This document shows positions 9,993 through 19,837 of a stretch of 64,000 nt of DNA, in pieces. The position numbers were made by a program, and so were the translations under genes. Below the pieces are notes generated by a model that worked only from the letters and a program-made list of their open reading frames with translations, was not told the DNA's origin and made no database searches. Position 1 is the first letter of the stretch; each line of letters begins with the position of its first letter. This DNA is from a virus (Duplodnaviria; Caudoviricetes), in IMG/VR virus record IMGVR_UViG_3300046167_000798; one strand, written 5' to 3'.

Positions 9993-10023
9993 TAATATAC
10001 GAAATTATTTTGAATTATCCAAA
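9993..10023 (-). promoter_or_regulatory. Bacteroidota sigma70-type (early) promoter
   Basis: Sense TTTGGATAATTC…TTTCGTATATTAG. Confidence 0.55.
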
Positions 10024-10183
10024 TTATTTTCACAATTTTTTTTATGTTTGAACCAACCACCACATTTACATTTGATATAATGTACAGTTGTTGCTATGAT
10101 TGGTAAAGATGCCATTGTATTCCAAATATTTGGATGAAAATGTTCACCACAGATTCCTAGTATATGTCTAAAAAATTCTACCA

Positions 10184-10915
10184 TTATCCAAATATTTCTA
10201 CTCTTATATCTTTCATCATTTCAAATCCTCTATCTGAAAGATGTTTTCTACCTTCTGAAATCATCCTATCCCAACCACAGAAATATACCCAAGGGTTTTT
10301 ATCCATATCATCTATCAACTTAAGATAGTGTTGGTGAACATAACCTTTAGCAAATTCTGGTTTATCTTCTCTTGATAAACATGGAATGAATTCAAAATTT
10401 GGTAATTCTTCTTGTATCTTTTCTAATTCTTTTCTATACAATAAATCAGATTCTCTTCGTGTACCAAAGAATAATTTTATATTTTTAAATGGAATTTTAT
10501 TCTGATGAAGATAATTTATCATTGAACGAAATGGTGATATACCTGAACCTGTTGATACAAAAAAGATATCCCTATCCATTAGATTATCTGGTAAAGTAAA
10601 TACACCCATTGGCCCATTGTAATAAAATTCATCACCTATCTTAGAATCAAAGAATAGTTTCCTACTCATTTGTCCACCTTCTAAATAGGTAACAATAAGT
10701 TCAAATTTATTTGAACCATCAGGAAAAGATGCAACTGAATAGTTTCTTTTTACCATATGCTCTGGTACACCATTTGCTTCATCTGATTCTAAAAATCCCA
10801 ATTGTACCAATTGACCTGGTACAAAGTTTATATTATCATAAAGAGGAGATTCAAATATGAACCTCCAATTTGATTTTGTTTCTTTTATAATTTCAGTTAA
10901 TACTGCTACATTCAT
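10184..10915 (-). CDS. ferredoxin-NADP(+) reductase (FNR) family FAD oxidoreductase
   Basis: RNYSVAS, GPMGVF, STGSGISPFRSM, FCGWDRM, terminal EIFG. Confidence 0.9.
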   Translation of the reverse strand: MNVAVLTEIIKETKSNWRFIFESPLYDNINFVPGQLVQLGFLESDEANGVPEHMVKRNYSVASFPDGSNKFELIVTYLEGGQMSRKLFFDSKIGDEFYYNGPMGVFTLPDNLMDRDIFFVSTGSGISPFRSMINYLHQNKIPFKNIKLFFGTRRESDLLYRKELEKIQEELPNFEFIPCLSREDKPEFAKGYVHQHYLKLIDDMDKNPWVYFCGWDRMISEGRKHLSDRGFEMMKDIRVEIFG

Positions 10916-11100
10916 TTTTTATTTTTTATTCTAACAATTCTATGTATCATTTCTTTACATTCTTCAAGACTATTACAAATGTGTTTATCATGCCAAAATC
11001 CAAATAAACCGAAAAAACATCTATCATTCCATTGAACAACAAATGTTGATTTATTTTTAATTGTAGTTTCTAATATTCTAAATCTTTTATATTGATTCAT
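10912..11100 (-). CDS. hypothetical protein
   Basis: 62-aa ORF with ATGA overlap. Confidence 0.5.
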   Translation of the reverse strand: MNQYKRFRILETTIKNKSTFVVQWNDRCFFGLFGFWHDKHICNSLEECKEMIHRIVRIKNKK

Positions 11101-11111
11101 CTGTTATTTAG

Positions 11112-11138
11112 AATAGGGGGAAATTAATCCCCCTTATT
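11112..11138 (-). terminator. probable intrinsic terminator hairpin
   Basis: AATAGGGGGA-aattaa-TCCCCCTTATT inverted repeat just downstream of the AAA+ stop. Confidence 0.65.
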
Positions 11139-11160
11139 CATTTGTAAATAATTGATAACC

Positions 11161-12387
11161 TTAAAACTGAGGGATATCATCCCCTTCAGTACTTTCGGTG
11201 TCCTCTACTTCTTTGAATAGAGGTTCACCATTTTCATCTTTTTGGTACTTCTGTACCAATTGTTTAATATAAGTTCTTTCAGAATCAACACCACCATCTT
11301 GTGAGAAGAATGGGTAGATTGAAATCTCAGCGGCCTCGTTTAATTCGAAACCATCATAAAGTAACCCAGCCATCTCAACAGATGCTCTGGTAGAAACCAT
11401 CGAAGTTAGTTTACCATTCTCACTCATAGATTGAGTTCTAGTGTGGTGAGATATCTCAGCAATTGCCTTCAAGTCATCTTCGTTAACTTCAGGGAACATG
11501 AACTTTAATAATCCAAATTCTTTAACATCATCAAGAACATCCATTTCGATAGTAACAAATCTATCTAAGATTGCTCTATCCATAACTCTCGTTGAGGTAT
11601 ATTCATTACCAATGTTAGCGGTAGCTACAAAGGTAACACCTTCAGCCACATTCACAATTGGAGAACCATCAGCCTCATCCAATCTCAAGTATCTTTGTCC
11701 TTGGTCAAGAACAGTCATTAAGATGTTCCACGCATCTGGGTGAGCTCTCGATAACTCATCTAACAGAATAACTGCGTTTGGAGTTTTGATTGCCGTAACA
11801 AAAGCGGATTCTGAAAAGTATGTACCTTTTTGTTTATCGAAGTGAGTGTTACCAATTAAGGTAGCTCTCGGGTCTTGAGTTGCCCCAAGGTTGAAGTAGA
11901 AATCTGGTCTATCCAACGCGTTCACTAGAGCTTTGGAAGCCATGGTTTTACCACATCCACTTGGACCGGTCATCATAATATTTTTAGCCCTCACAGCACT
12001 TCTGATAAGATATTTCCATTTCAGTTCTTCCATAACCAATTCAGTTGGTTTAAGAGATACAGAACCTTTGTGGATAAAATCTTTGATTGCGGTGTGGTCA
12101 CCTTTATCTTCGAATTGTACACCACCTTGGTCTGTATTCATAGGAATAACCAAAGAGTTATAAACATCCATATTTACTTTTCTGTAAGATTTCTTACCAT
12201 TCTTATTGATGTAAGCCTGAACCGCCATTCCTTGATTGAAGGCTGATTTTCTTACACCTGTGGTAGCTCCTAGAGTACCAACTTTTACCCCTTGGGTATC
12301 GATTAATTTGAAAGTGTTACCAAACTTTTCAACTTTGTACACTTCTGTGGAAACATATCCAACTTTAAATTCTTTCATTTCACTCAT
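11161..12387 (-). CDS. MoxR/CbbQ/CobS-type AAA+ ATPase (AAA_5)
   Basis: Walker A GPSGCGKT, Walker B ILLDELSR, sensor TAN, MDRAILDRF Arg finger. Confidence 0.9.
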   Translation of the reverse strand: MSEMKEFKVGYVSTEVYKVEKFGNTFKLIDTQGVKVGTLGATTGVRKSAFNQGMAVQAYINKNGKKSYRKVNMDVYNSLVIPMNTDQGGVQFEDKGDHTAIKDFIHKGSVSLKPTELVMEELKWKYLIRSAVRAKNIMMTGPSGCGKTMASKALVNALDRPDFYFNLGATQDPRATLIGNTHFDKQKGTYFSESAFVTAIKTPNAVILLDELSRAHPDAWNILMTVLDQGQRYLRLDEADGSPIVNVAEGVTFVATANIGNEYTSTRVMDRAILDRFVTIEMDVLDDVKEFGLLKFMFPEVNEDDLKAIAEISHHTRTQSMSENGKLTSMVSTRASVEMAGLLYDGFELNEAAEISIYPFFSQDGGVDSERTYIKQLVQKYQKDENGEPLFKEVEDTESTEGDDIPQF

Positions 12388-12420
12388 AATTATTTGTTTT
12401 AAGGTTTATTAATTATTAAC

Positions 12421-12465
12421 TCATTTACTATGTAAATATACGAAAAATATTTCATATATCCAAGC
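12421..12465 (-). promoter_or_regulatory. early promoter plus conserved leader
   Basis: Sense GCTTGGATATATG…TTTTTCGTATATTTACATAGTAAATGA. Confidence 0.75.
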
Positions 12466-12475
12466 CTTTTTTCAT

Positions 12476-14560
12476 TTATTTTTGTAAAAATAATTGGTTC
12501 ATAGTTTTGGTGATTTGGTTAAGATTTGTAACATCTACAAACTTAGCTCCTTTACCATACATTGTTTGAAAACTTCTTTTTTCATATCCACTACAACCAT
12601 AGTCTGATACGAAGTAGGATAAGGTTTTGATTCCCATACTTTCAATCATTTTAACCATCTTACCAGTATGTCTTTCAGCGGAATCACCAGAGTAGTAGAA
12701 ACCAGGTCCACCATAGTAAGGTTGTCCATCTGATAGATTCAAGAAATATGAATCTAAATCATTGTTAATTGGAATAAATGATTTCATAATAGCCTCAAAA
12801 CATAATCCTTCTGGTGTTGTACCATTTGGTCTTAAACCACCGAACATTTGTTTTACTTTAGAAAACTTATCTGTTTTAGAATCGTAAGCCATAACGATAT
12901 ATGGTTTCTCATTTTGAGTACATCTGAAAGTTACTTGAACATTTAGATTAGGAATCATATCAACTGCCTTACACATTGCAACTACGTTAATCATCGTATT
13001 TCTCCACTTCTCACCATTCATAGATGAACTAGCATCTATTGATATATGTAAGTTAGCCTTTTTGTAAGAATCAACTTCTGAGAATTGGAATACATTTTCA
13101 TTACCAAATCCTAAAGATGAAATCATTCTCTTATCAATTCTACCAACTTTCTGTCTGTTGAAAACAGTAGTTCTATCTTCACCTCTCACTTGAAGTTTCT
13201 TACCTAACATTGTACCAAGTTTGATTCCTTTCTGAACCTCTTCTTGATAATCCATTTTGATTCCACCATCCCAATAATCGTTTCTAGTCATTGGAAACAT
13301 TTCTGATTCAAATAATCCCTTAGTCATTTTATTAACCACGATACATTGAACTGTTTGATTACCATAGTAACCTTGGTTGAAATCTTTTCCAACTTCTTTC
13401 ATTTCAGAACCACTTTCTTCAATAGCATTTAGGTTCTTAGAATCTGTTTTAGTAATTGAAGTTTTTTGAATATCACCATCCATAAACTTCTTTTGTTTCT
13501 CAATCTTCTTTTTAAGTAAATCTTTTTGTTTATCTGTTAATTGAACTGAGTTTGTTGAAGGAGAATTATCTTCACTTGGTTCACCTTCCATGTTATCAGG
13601 TAAGTTACCAACACTCATTGAATTACCACCAGTTGGTGTTTCATCTTTATCACCACCCATTGGAGATTCACCAAGTTCTTTTAATAACTCATTGAAATCT
13701 TCATCACTCATTCCTTGAGAAGAACCACCATTACCATCATCAGAACCTTGCTCATCGGAAGAAGAACCATCACCATTACCACCCTTTTGTGGTTCAGTAT
13801 CATCTGAAGTTGGTTGATTGATATTTGATAAAATTACTTTGAACATCTCAATAGCTACTTGAAGTGATTCACTTGAATCTTTCAATCTACTGATTTTGTT
13901 CAAACCAACTAATTTGTAAATCTTTCTCAAACCTTTCAGAGCCGAAAGTTGAGTATTTTTATTATGTAAGTTGATAATTCTGAACATATAAGAATCGATT
14001 GTTTCATCAGTATGTTCATCAGATAAGAGAGCCTTATCGATTAATTTATCATTGAAGTACTTATCGTACATTTTTCTGTAATAATCTCTGTAACCAGGTG
14101 CTGATTTGAATACGAAGTTATCAATTCTTCTATCTTCAACATAGTTCCAAAGGTTTTTAATAGTTTCTTGAGTATTATAAATACCTTTCTTGATAGCCCC
14201 ATCAGTTATGTGAGTAGGTATATGAGAAGATAAATCTAATAACAATTGAAAATTTGAAAGTTTGATGTGAGAACCCTCGTGAAGTGCCAGTCCAACTGCC
14301 ACATCAAAATCTTTTGGTTCTGTTATCCTACTTCCAATAACAACTGATTTACCATCAGTATAAGAATCACCTCTCTCTTTGAACTTAACTGGTATTGATT
14401 CATTTGTTACAATGTTAACGAAGTTAGATATTGCTCTTTTAGAAGAAGCTAATTTGTATAAATCTAGGGATTTCTTTTCCTTATCAGAAAGTTGGTTAAT
14501 GATGATATCATCTGTATCGAAATCATCATACCAAAAGGAAGAATTGTTGTATTTACTCAT
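12476..14560 (-). CDS. vWA-domain protein with N-terminal HExxH region (CobT-like partner of the AAA+)
   Basis: ALHEGSH; EDRRID; acidic G/S/D linker; MIDAS IDASSSM, GTTPEG, LSDGQP. Confidence 0.85.
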   Translation of the reverse strand: MSKYNNSSFWYDDFDTDDIIINQLSDKEKKSLDLYKLASSKRAISNFVNIVTNESIPVKFKERGDSYTDGKSVVIGSRITEPKDFDVAVGLALHEGSHIKLSNFQLLLDLSSHIPTHITDGAIKKGIYNTQETIKNLWNYVEDRRIDNFVFKSAPGYRDYYRKMYDKYFNDKLIDKALLSDEHTDETIDSYMFRIINLHNKNTQLSALKGLRKIYKLVGLNKISRLKDSSESLQVAIEMFKVILSNINQPTSDDTEPQKGGNGDGSSSDEQGSDDGNGGSSQGMSDEDFNELLKELGESPMGGDKDETPTGGNSMSVGNLPDNMEGEPSEDNSPSTNSVQLTDKQKDLLKKKIEKQKKFMDGDIQKTSITKTDSKNLNAIEESGSEMKEVGKDFNQGYYGNQTVQCIVVNKMTKGLFESEMFPMTRNDYWDGGIKMDYQEEVQKGIKLGTMLGKKLQVRGEDRTTVFNRQKVGRIDKRMISSLGFGNENVFQFSEVDSYKKANLHISIDASSSMNGEKWRNTMINVVAMCKAVDMIPNLNVQVTFRCTQNEKPYIVMAYDSKTDKFSKVKQMFGGLRPNGTTPEGLCFEAIMKSFIPINNDLDSYFLNLSDGQPYYGGPGFYYSGDSAERHTGKMVKMIESMGIKTLSYFVSDYGCSGYEKRSFQTMYGKGAKFVDVTNLNQITKTMNQLFLQK

Positions 14561-14565
14561 AGTTT

Positions 14566-14627
14566 TAAGGTTTAATTATCACTCATTTACTTTGTAAATA
14601 TACGAAATATATTTGGAATAAACAAGC
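14566..14627 (-). promoter_or_regulatory. early promoter plus conserved leader
   Basis: Same TATATTTAC box and AGTAAATGAGTGATAATTAAACCTTAA leader as at 12399-12465 and 60099-60155. Confidence 0.75.
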
Positions 14628-14644
14628 TTTTTCTTGTTTATTTT

Positions 14645-14869
14645 TTATCTATACAAAGTTACTACCGAACCGAACTCATCATCAAAAACTTTTACTAAGT
14701 TTTCGTAGTCTCCACTCATCATTTTATCTAACATTTCTTTAATATAGGAATCACCCATACCAAGTTGTTTACCAAATTTCTTAGCAGTACCCAATAGGAA
14801 ATATGCATTTCCTTGAGGACCTGTTAAATCGATTTCAATTCCGTTTGTTTGTTGTTTTTGCTTAATCAT
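14645..14869 (-). CDS. small phage protein (IDLTGPQGNAYFLLG type)
   Basis: Motif GxxGNAFxLLG recalled from small phage ORFs; own early promoter. Confidence 0.65.
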   Translation of the reverse strand: MIKQKQQTNGIEIDLTGPQGNAYFLLGTAKKFGKQLGMGDSYIKEMLDKMMSGDYENLVKVFDDEFGSVVTLYR

Positions 14870-14879
14870 ATATCACTTA

Positions 14880-14939
14880 TTTACATAGTAAATATACGAA
14901 AAAAAATCGAGAAATCCAAGCAAAAAGTGAATTATTTTT
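14880..14939 (-). promoter_or_regulatory. early promoter with long AT-rich upstream element
   Basis: Near-identical to 30431-30491 (ATTTACATAGTAAATATACGAAAAA…TCCAAGCAAAAAGTGAATTATTTTT). Confidence 0.75.
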
Positions 14940-14941
14940 GA

Positions 14942-15949
14942 TTAAATTAATCCCTTATTATTTAGGTTTTTTTTGAAAATAATCTTTCTCCAATGATTAT
15001 TGGGTTCTCCCGATAATGAATCAACTCCACCAAGTGCAGAACAGTTATCAGGATATCCTATTTTTTCATCATAATCAAAATCTTCTACATCTTCTATGAA
15101 TTCATACATATCAGGATTAACTCTCTCTAACTTTGGAATATCTTTTCTCCAAAGATGTATTGGTAATTGTGTCTGAGATTTATACAAATTACTTATATGG
15201 TCATCTGGTAGGTCTTTATCTCCTGTAAATGAATGAATCATAGTTCCCATTTGTCCTATAAGTGATTGATATGTGGCAAGTGAAGTGTGTAATATATCAT
15301 CTTCTTTATCTAATAGTAAATCAGCTGGCATATTTATATCCTTTATACTATCAAAAAGTTCTCTTAAAGAATTAACACTAATCATATATGATTGAGCTCC
15401 TGGTGCTTCGAATCTTCTGATATGTTGTAATCTATTATTTAAGTACCTTCCTCTTATATTAGGTATTGCTCTACCCAACCAAAGTATATCAAATGAGAAT
15501 TTTTTAATATCTTTTATCAATAAAGGATATTCACCATCTTGAATAGAATCAATTAATGCAGTTGTTGGTCTAGCATCATCCTCTAAGAATAAAAAATACC
15601 TTAGTGGATTTCCATTAGAATCAAATCTATTTTCAGAGTTACTAGAATCAAATTCATCCAAAGCCATTTCATACGCCTTCTGATGAGATAATGCAACTGC
15701 GATAATATTTTTGGAAAGATTTCCTGATGGGTCTATAAATGTATCTAATCTACCATCTTGTATCATAGATTTAATATCAAGGTCTTTACCCATTATAGCA
15801 TCTACAAACTCATATTCTAAATCTGACCATTCCCAAGCTTTAATGAATTCTTTTCTTCTATAACTATCCTTTTCAGATATTACATAAATTTTATCTGCTC
15901 CAAAGTTTTGTAAATTGAAATGTATGTTATTTTTAGGAACTAAAGACAT
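14942..15949 (-). CDS. glycosyltransferase family 25-like
   Basis: YVIS…RR..F, VALSHQKAY, LFLEDDA, GAQSYMIS, PADLLL. Confidence 0.8.
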   Translation of the reverse strand: MSLVPKNNIHFNLQNFGADKIYVISEKDSYRRKEFIKAWEWSDLEYEFVDAIMGKDLDIKSMIQDGRLDTFIDPSGNLSKNIIAVALSHQKAYEMALDEFDSSNSENRFDSNGNPLRYFLFLEDDARPTTALIDSIQDGEYPLLIKDIKKFSFDILWLGRAIPNIRGRYLNNRLQHIRRFEAPGAQSYMISVNSLRELFDSIKDINMPADLLLDKEDDILHTSLATYQSLIGQMGTMIHSFTGDKDLPDDHISNLYKSQTQLPIHLWRKDIPKLERVNPDMYEFIEDVEDFDYDEKIGYPDNCSALGGVDSLSGEPNNHWRKIIFKKNLNNKGLI

Positions 15950-16107
15950 TAACTAAGTTTAATATACTCCATAGTATTCGAATATGGGATTACCATTATT
16001 CATTCCTTTATAAGTCCATCCTTGTTCTTGAAGATTTAACCTCATTGCAGGTGAATTGTACTTTGGAGAAAATTCTTTTCTGAATTTTATAGGTTCTTTT
16101 ACTTTAC

Positions 16108-16494
16108 TCATAATAAATCATCTGGTGTGTTTCTGTATATTCTATATGAATCCTCATCAAAATGTTGAGTAGATACCTCAAAAACGATTGAGTTCTCTTC
16201 TAACGATATTAATTGATGTGGTTGTCCTCTTTCTATTAAAACAGAATCTCCCTCCTTAATGATTCTACTATCGTGTAATCCATCTTCAACATCAATCCAA
16301 TTGAATTGAAAACTTCCTTGTTGAATATACCAAGTTTCTTTCTTTTTAAGATGATAATGCATTGAAAAGTTTGCCATCTTCTTTTCAAAAACTAATAGTT
16401 TTCCACAATATTCTTCATCATTGTGAATCCATAGTTCATACCCCCAAATTTTTTCTACTCTTTTAGGTGGTTTTACATCAATTGGTATAATCAT
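16108..16494 (-). CDS. cupin-domain protein (sugar isomerase-like)
   Basis: EKIWGYE, SMHYHLKKKETW, PHQL, EVSTQH. Confidence 0.8.
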   Translation of the reverse strand: MIIPIDVKPPKRVEKIWGYELWIHNDEEYCGKLLVFEKKMANFSMHYHLKKKETWYIQQGSFQFNWIDVEDGLHDSRIIKEGDSVLIERGQPHQLISLEENSIVFEVSTQHFDEDSYRIYRNTPDDLL

Positions 16495-16805
16495 AACTTA
16501 TTGTTTAAATTGGAGCTCCCCATGGTTTAATCCAATACTCCCAAAATATTCTTTTTAATTTACTCATACTCGTAATCAAATCCATTTTCTTGTCTATCTA
16601 ATTCATCGTAAACATTTTCCAATTCTTCAATACAATTATCAACAGATTCCCAATCTTGTTCATCTCTAGCATCTTCAAGTGTAGACAAGATTCTTTGTAT
16701 TTTTTCCGATAAGTTTTCCATATTATAGTAATCTAATATAATTAAGTGTTATATGTGATTAAATATAGACTTATTGAAAAAACCGAAATTATATGTTAAA
16801 AGATA

Positions 16806-16940
16806 TTATCTTCTTCCCTGTCCTCTGTACTTCTTCTTGTAATTTTTTGCCTGTTTACTATTGGAAGTTTTAGACTTAGAATGAACTCCTGGTCTCTTTT
16901 TCTTTTGAGATTTTAGGAGGTTACCTAATGTTAATGCCAT
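16806..16940 (-). CDS. small very basic peptide (44 aa) ending KKKYRGQGRR
   Basis: Hand-translated MALTLGNLLKSQKKKRPGVHSKSKTSNSKQAKNYKKKYRGQGRR*; TAATG overlap. Confidence 0.65.
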   Translation of the reverse strand: MALTLGNLLKSQKKKRPGVHSKSKTSNSKQAKNYKKKYRGQGRR

Positions 16941-17761
16941 TATTTTTTAATAAGTTTGTTTCTTTTTAACGCTCTTGCAGTTTCAATCCACTTTTTACCA
17001 ATCGGATTGTAAACTTTTTTTCGAATGAATGAGTTAACCGCTTTTTGAACTTGACCAGAAATAGGTTTATAAACTGTATTATCTACAATTCTAAAATTAC
17101 CACCAAATAAATTTTGGAATTTACCTAAGTTGTTCTGAACATCACTCCATGATTTTTCTAGTAAATCATCTGGTAGAACTCTTTCTCTTTGTTTGTTTCT
17201 TTCTTGAGCTACTTCAAGTGAAGTATTTACAAATACCATGTAAGTATCGTAACCTAGTGATTCAGCGTATTTCTTATTCTTCTGAATCTTACTGTAAACA
17301 TGACCAGTACCATCGATAATCATACCCAACCTACCAGCTTCATAAAATGATTTCTGTTTCTTAGTAAGTTGTTTTGCTTTATCTCTAATACCACCTGGTG
17401 TTGCAGTAATCTTATCCCATAGTTCTGGCTCTTCTCTTTCGATTCTTGCCAAATCTTTTGGGTCAATACCATTATCCTTCAATCCTTTTTCAAATGCTGA
17501 ATCCGAATTTACTGATTTAAGACCAGTTGAGGAAAATGATGATTTGAGTCTTTTATCTATACCGAAAATTTCCATGGCGGTGAATGATTTACCTGAACCA
17601 GGTCCACCTGCCATGAAAACACATTTTAAGATACCGGGGTCATCAACACCCTCGATAATCATTTGTTCTAATAAAGCTTCTTTTATATTCAGTAATTCAG
17701 ATTCTATGTCATACATTGAATCAATTAATACTGTTTCGGTAATCAATGATTTTAAACTCAT
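16940..17761 (-). CDS. P-loop kinase, zeta-toxin/AAA_33-like
   Basis: MAGGPGSGKS, VNSD, IIDGTG, VNTSLEVAQERNKQRER. Confidence 0.75.
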   Translation of the reverse strand: MSLKSLITETVLIDSMYDIESELLNIKEALLEQMIIEGVDDPGILKCVFMAGGPGSGKSFTAMEIFGIDKRLKSSFSSTGLKSVNSDSAFEKGLKDNGIDPKDLARIEREEPELWDKITATPGGIRDKAKQLTKKQKSFYEAGRLGMIIDGTGHVYSKIQKNKKYAESLGYDTYMVFVNTSLEVAQERNKQRERVLPDDLLEKSWSDVQNNLGKFQNLFGGNFRIVDNTVYKPISGQVQKAVNSFIRKKVYNPIGKKWIETARALKRNKLIKK

Positions 17762-17773
17762 TTATAATACTCC

Positions 17774-18178
17774 TTATTTCTTATTGTAAAGTGAGTAAAC
17801 TTTATTTACCAAAGTTGATTTTTTGATTGAAATATCCAAATCAGTACTATGGTCTTGTTTAGCTGCATCTACTAACTGTTTTTTAGTTAGTGAATTCAAC
17901 TTAGATTTAGTTGGTTTACCTTTTATTGCCTGAACAACATCTTGTAACTCATCAACTACATCTTCAATCTCTGCTTTTACTTTTTTAGCACGAGTCTTAA
18001 CAGTTTTAACTGTTTTCTTTACCTTATCGGCAACTTCTTTAACATCTTCGATTGCATCTTCGATGTCATCAGCGATTAAATCGCCGTCTTTGTCCTCAAT
18101 CTTACCAGTCTTGATAAGAAAGAAGTAAACTGCGGCACCTATTGCAAGGATACCTAAAATAATTAGAAATGTTTGCAT
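17774..18178 (-). CDS. membrane-anchored protein with C-terminal Rho-N/HeH-like helix pair
   Basis: N-terminal TM; LNSLTKKQLVDAAK…KKSTLV. Confidence 0.55.
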   Translation of the reverse strand: MQTFLIILGILAIGAAVYFFLIKTGKIEDKDGDLIADDIEDAIEDVKEVADKVKKTVKTVKTRAKKVKAEIEDVVDELQDVVQAIKGKPTKSKLNSLTKKQLVDAAKQDHSTDLDISIKKSTLVNKVYSLYNKK

Positions 18179-18211
18179 GTTTGCTTTCTTTATTAATTGT
18201 TATTGATTGTA

Positions 18212-18220
18212 TATAAATAT
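18212..18220 (-). promoter_or_regulatory. putative late-promoter box ATATTTATA
   Basis: 9-mer ATAYTTATA recurring upstream of about 11 genes lacking the early motif. Confidence 0.5.
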
Positions 18221-18375
18221 AACGATATCAGATAAACATTTGAATATCATCATTACTATCGTAATCATAATCCTCACTACAATCTTTTATGAGGCCTGAT
18301 TTTGGGAATAATGATGCGTACATAAACAATATTGTTAATACTGTTCCTCTGATTCCTTTTGTTAATTTTTGTATT

Positions 18376-18642
18376 CTACTCTTCACCGTATAAACTCCAT
18401 CTTTTTGTTGGTTCTGGTTCTATTATTATTTCTTCGGTATCCACAAGATAAACGAATCCTTCTCTAGCATCCATATAAAATTGTGTTTTACCTGTATCTT
18501 GATAAATAAATTCAAGTGCATCGGTTAAAGAATCTAATGTAACTGTTGAGTTAGAAAGAGGAGTCCACCTATCTCCAGGTGGTACTCTCTTTGCAACCTT
18601 AGTTTTTACTTCGTTCTCTTGTATTTGAGGTTCTTTACTCAT
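18376..18642 (-). CDS. hypothetical protein
   Basis: 88-aa ORF, coupled to upstream gene. Confidence 0.65.
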   Translation of the reverse strand: MSKEPQIQENEVKTKVAKRVPPGDRWTPLSNSTVTLDSLTDALEFIYQDTGKTQFYMDAREGFVYLVDTEEIIIEPEPTKRWSLYGEE

Positions 18643-18854
18643 TACTCAATTACTCTTAGTACTCTACTTTCTTTTGCTCCACTTACTTTGTAGTCAATCT
18701 GAACTCCACTATCTTCAAAATCTTTTACAACTCTTGATTCAGCTTCTGTTACTGATTGTGCATCTACTAAGTAGATTTCTTTTGCTTTTTTGTCTTTACC
18801 ATTTTTAAGTGTGGCAACAACCACTTCTACTGTAACTTCGAAAAATTTACTCAT
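18642..18854 (-). CDS. DUF4494-like protein (Bacteroidota family)
   Basis: FFEV…NGKDKK..E.YLVDAQSVTEAESRV. Confidence 0.75.
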   Translation of the reverse strand: MSKFFEVTVEVVVATLKNGKDKKAKEIYLVDAQSVTEAESRVVKDFEDSGVQIDYKVSGAKESRVLRVIE

Positions 18855-18890
18855 AATTATTTATTTATATTAATATATATGTATTTGTTA

Positions 18891-18924
18891 CACAAAGATA
18901 CGAAAAATTTATTTAATTTCCAAA
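18891..18924 (-). promoter_or_regulatory. Bacteroidota sigma70-type promoter (canonical)
   Basis: Sense TTTG-N20-TATCTTTG. Confidence 0.8.
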
Positions 18925-19224
18925 TTTTTGTCCAAAAAATTCATAATTTTTATTTACTGACTCCAATTCACCATTTTCTATAGCAGAATCTTCATCATCA
19001 TAAAACGCATCAACAGGACATTCTGGTAAACAAGCTCCACAATCGATACACTCTGCAGGATTAACATAAAGTTGTTTTCCTTTAAGTTCTTCTTTACTCA
19101 TTCCTTCAACTTCTCTCCCTGCACCTTCAATATCAATCGGTCCATGGATACAATCAACAGGACAAACTGTAACACATATTGTATCACATACTCCATCACA
19201 AGCTTTTCCTATTATATAACTCAT
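18913..19224 (-). CDS. dicluster (7Fe/8Fe) ferredoxin
   Basis: CDGVCDTICVTVCPVDCIH and CIDCGACLPECPV. Confidence 0.9.
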   Translation of the reverse strand: MSYIIGKACDGVCDTICVTVCPVDCIHGPIDIEGAGREVEGMSKEELKGKQLYVNPAECIDCGACLPECPVDAFYDDEDSAIENGELESVNKNYEFFGQKFGN

Positions 19225-19238
19225 AGTTTTTTATTTGA

Positions 19239-19272
19239 TACAAATATACGAAAAATATTTGATATATCCAAA
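19239..19272 (-). promoter_or_regulatory. Bacteroidota sigma70-type promoter (canonical)
   Basis: Sense TTTG-GATATATCAAATATTTTTCG(20 nt)-TATATTTG. Confidence 0.8.
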
Positions 19273-19837
19273 TTAATATTCGTATTCTTTTTTAGGTCCT
19301 GATAAATTACCATTAATTAGAAAAGAGCAATTGAAACATAGCATTCTAAGATTTTCATATTTGTGATTTTTTCTATCACCATCGAGAAAATCTAAAACTA
19401 GAGGTACTTTATGGTCTGTGATTCTTCTTTCTTCGAATCCACATTCGTTACATTTTTCTAACATATAACCATTGTTTCAGTAATCTTTGTTTGAGTTTCC
19501 AAATTGGGTATTCAGGATACTTTCCTTTTAATATGTCATCTAATGAATATTTTCCTCTTTTTAGATTGTACCCTTTACGAATACCAGTACCATCAGGATT
19601 CTTTAAATTTTCAAAGATACCATATTTTCTAGCATATTTTTTGTAAGTGTTGTAAGATACTCCTAGTAACCTAGCAGCTTCCATTGCAGAACGAGCTTTT
19701 GATTGTACATCCTTAATTTCGGATTCCAATAAGGGTTTAGAGCCCAGTCCTCTTTTCATTCTCCTATTTTTACCAGCTAAAGAAAGGTCTTTTGTTGGGT
19801 CAAAATTAGGAAATATCTTTTCATCTTTATTTTCCAT
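19273..19837 (-). CDS. HTH + degenerate HNH/Zn-finger protein, split by a 1-nt frameshift at ~19476
   Basis: SAMEAARLLGVSYNTYKKY HTH; removing one A gives …RLLNNGYMLEKCNECG…LDFLDGD..N…NLRMLCFNC. Confidence 0.7.

Noticed and set aside
16940-17761. Toxin-antitoxin (zeta-epsilon) system
   Set aside because: Only a generic P-loop kinase resemblance; no antitoxin-like partner; similar kinases are common in large phages.
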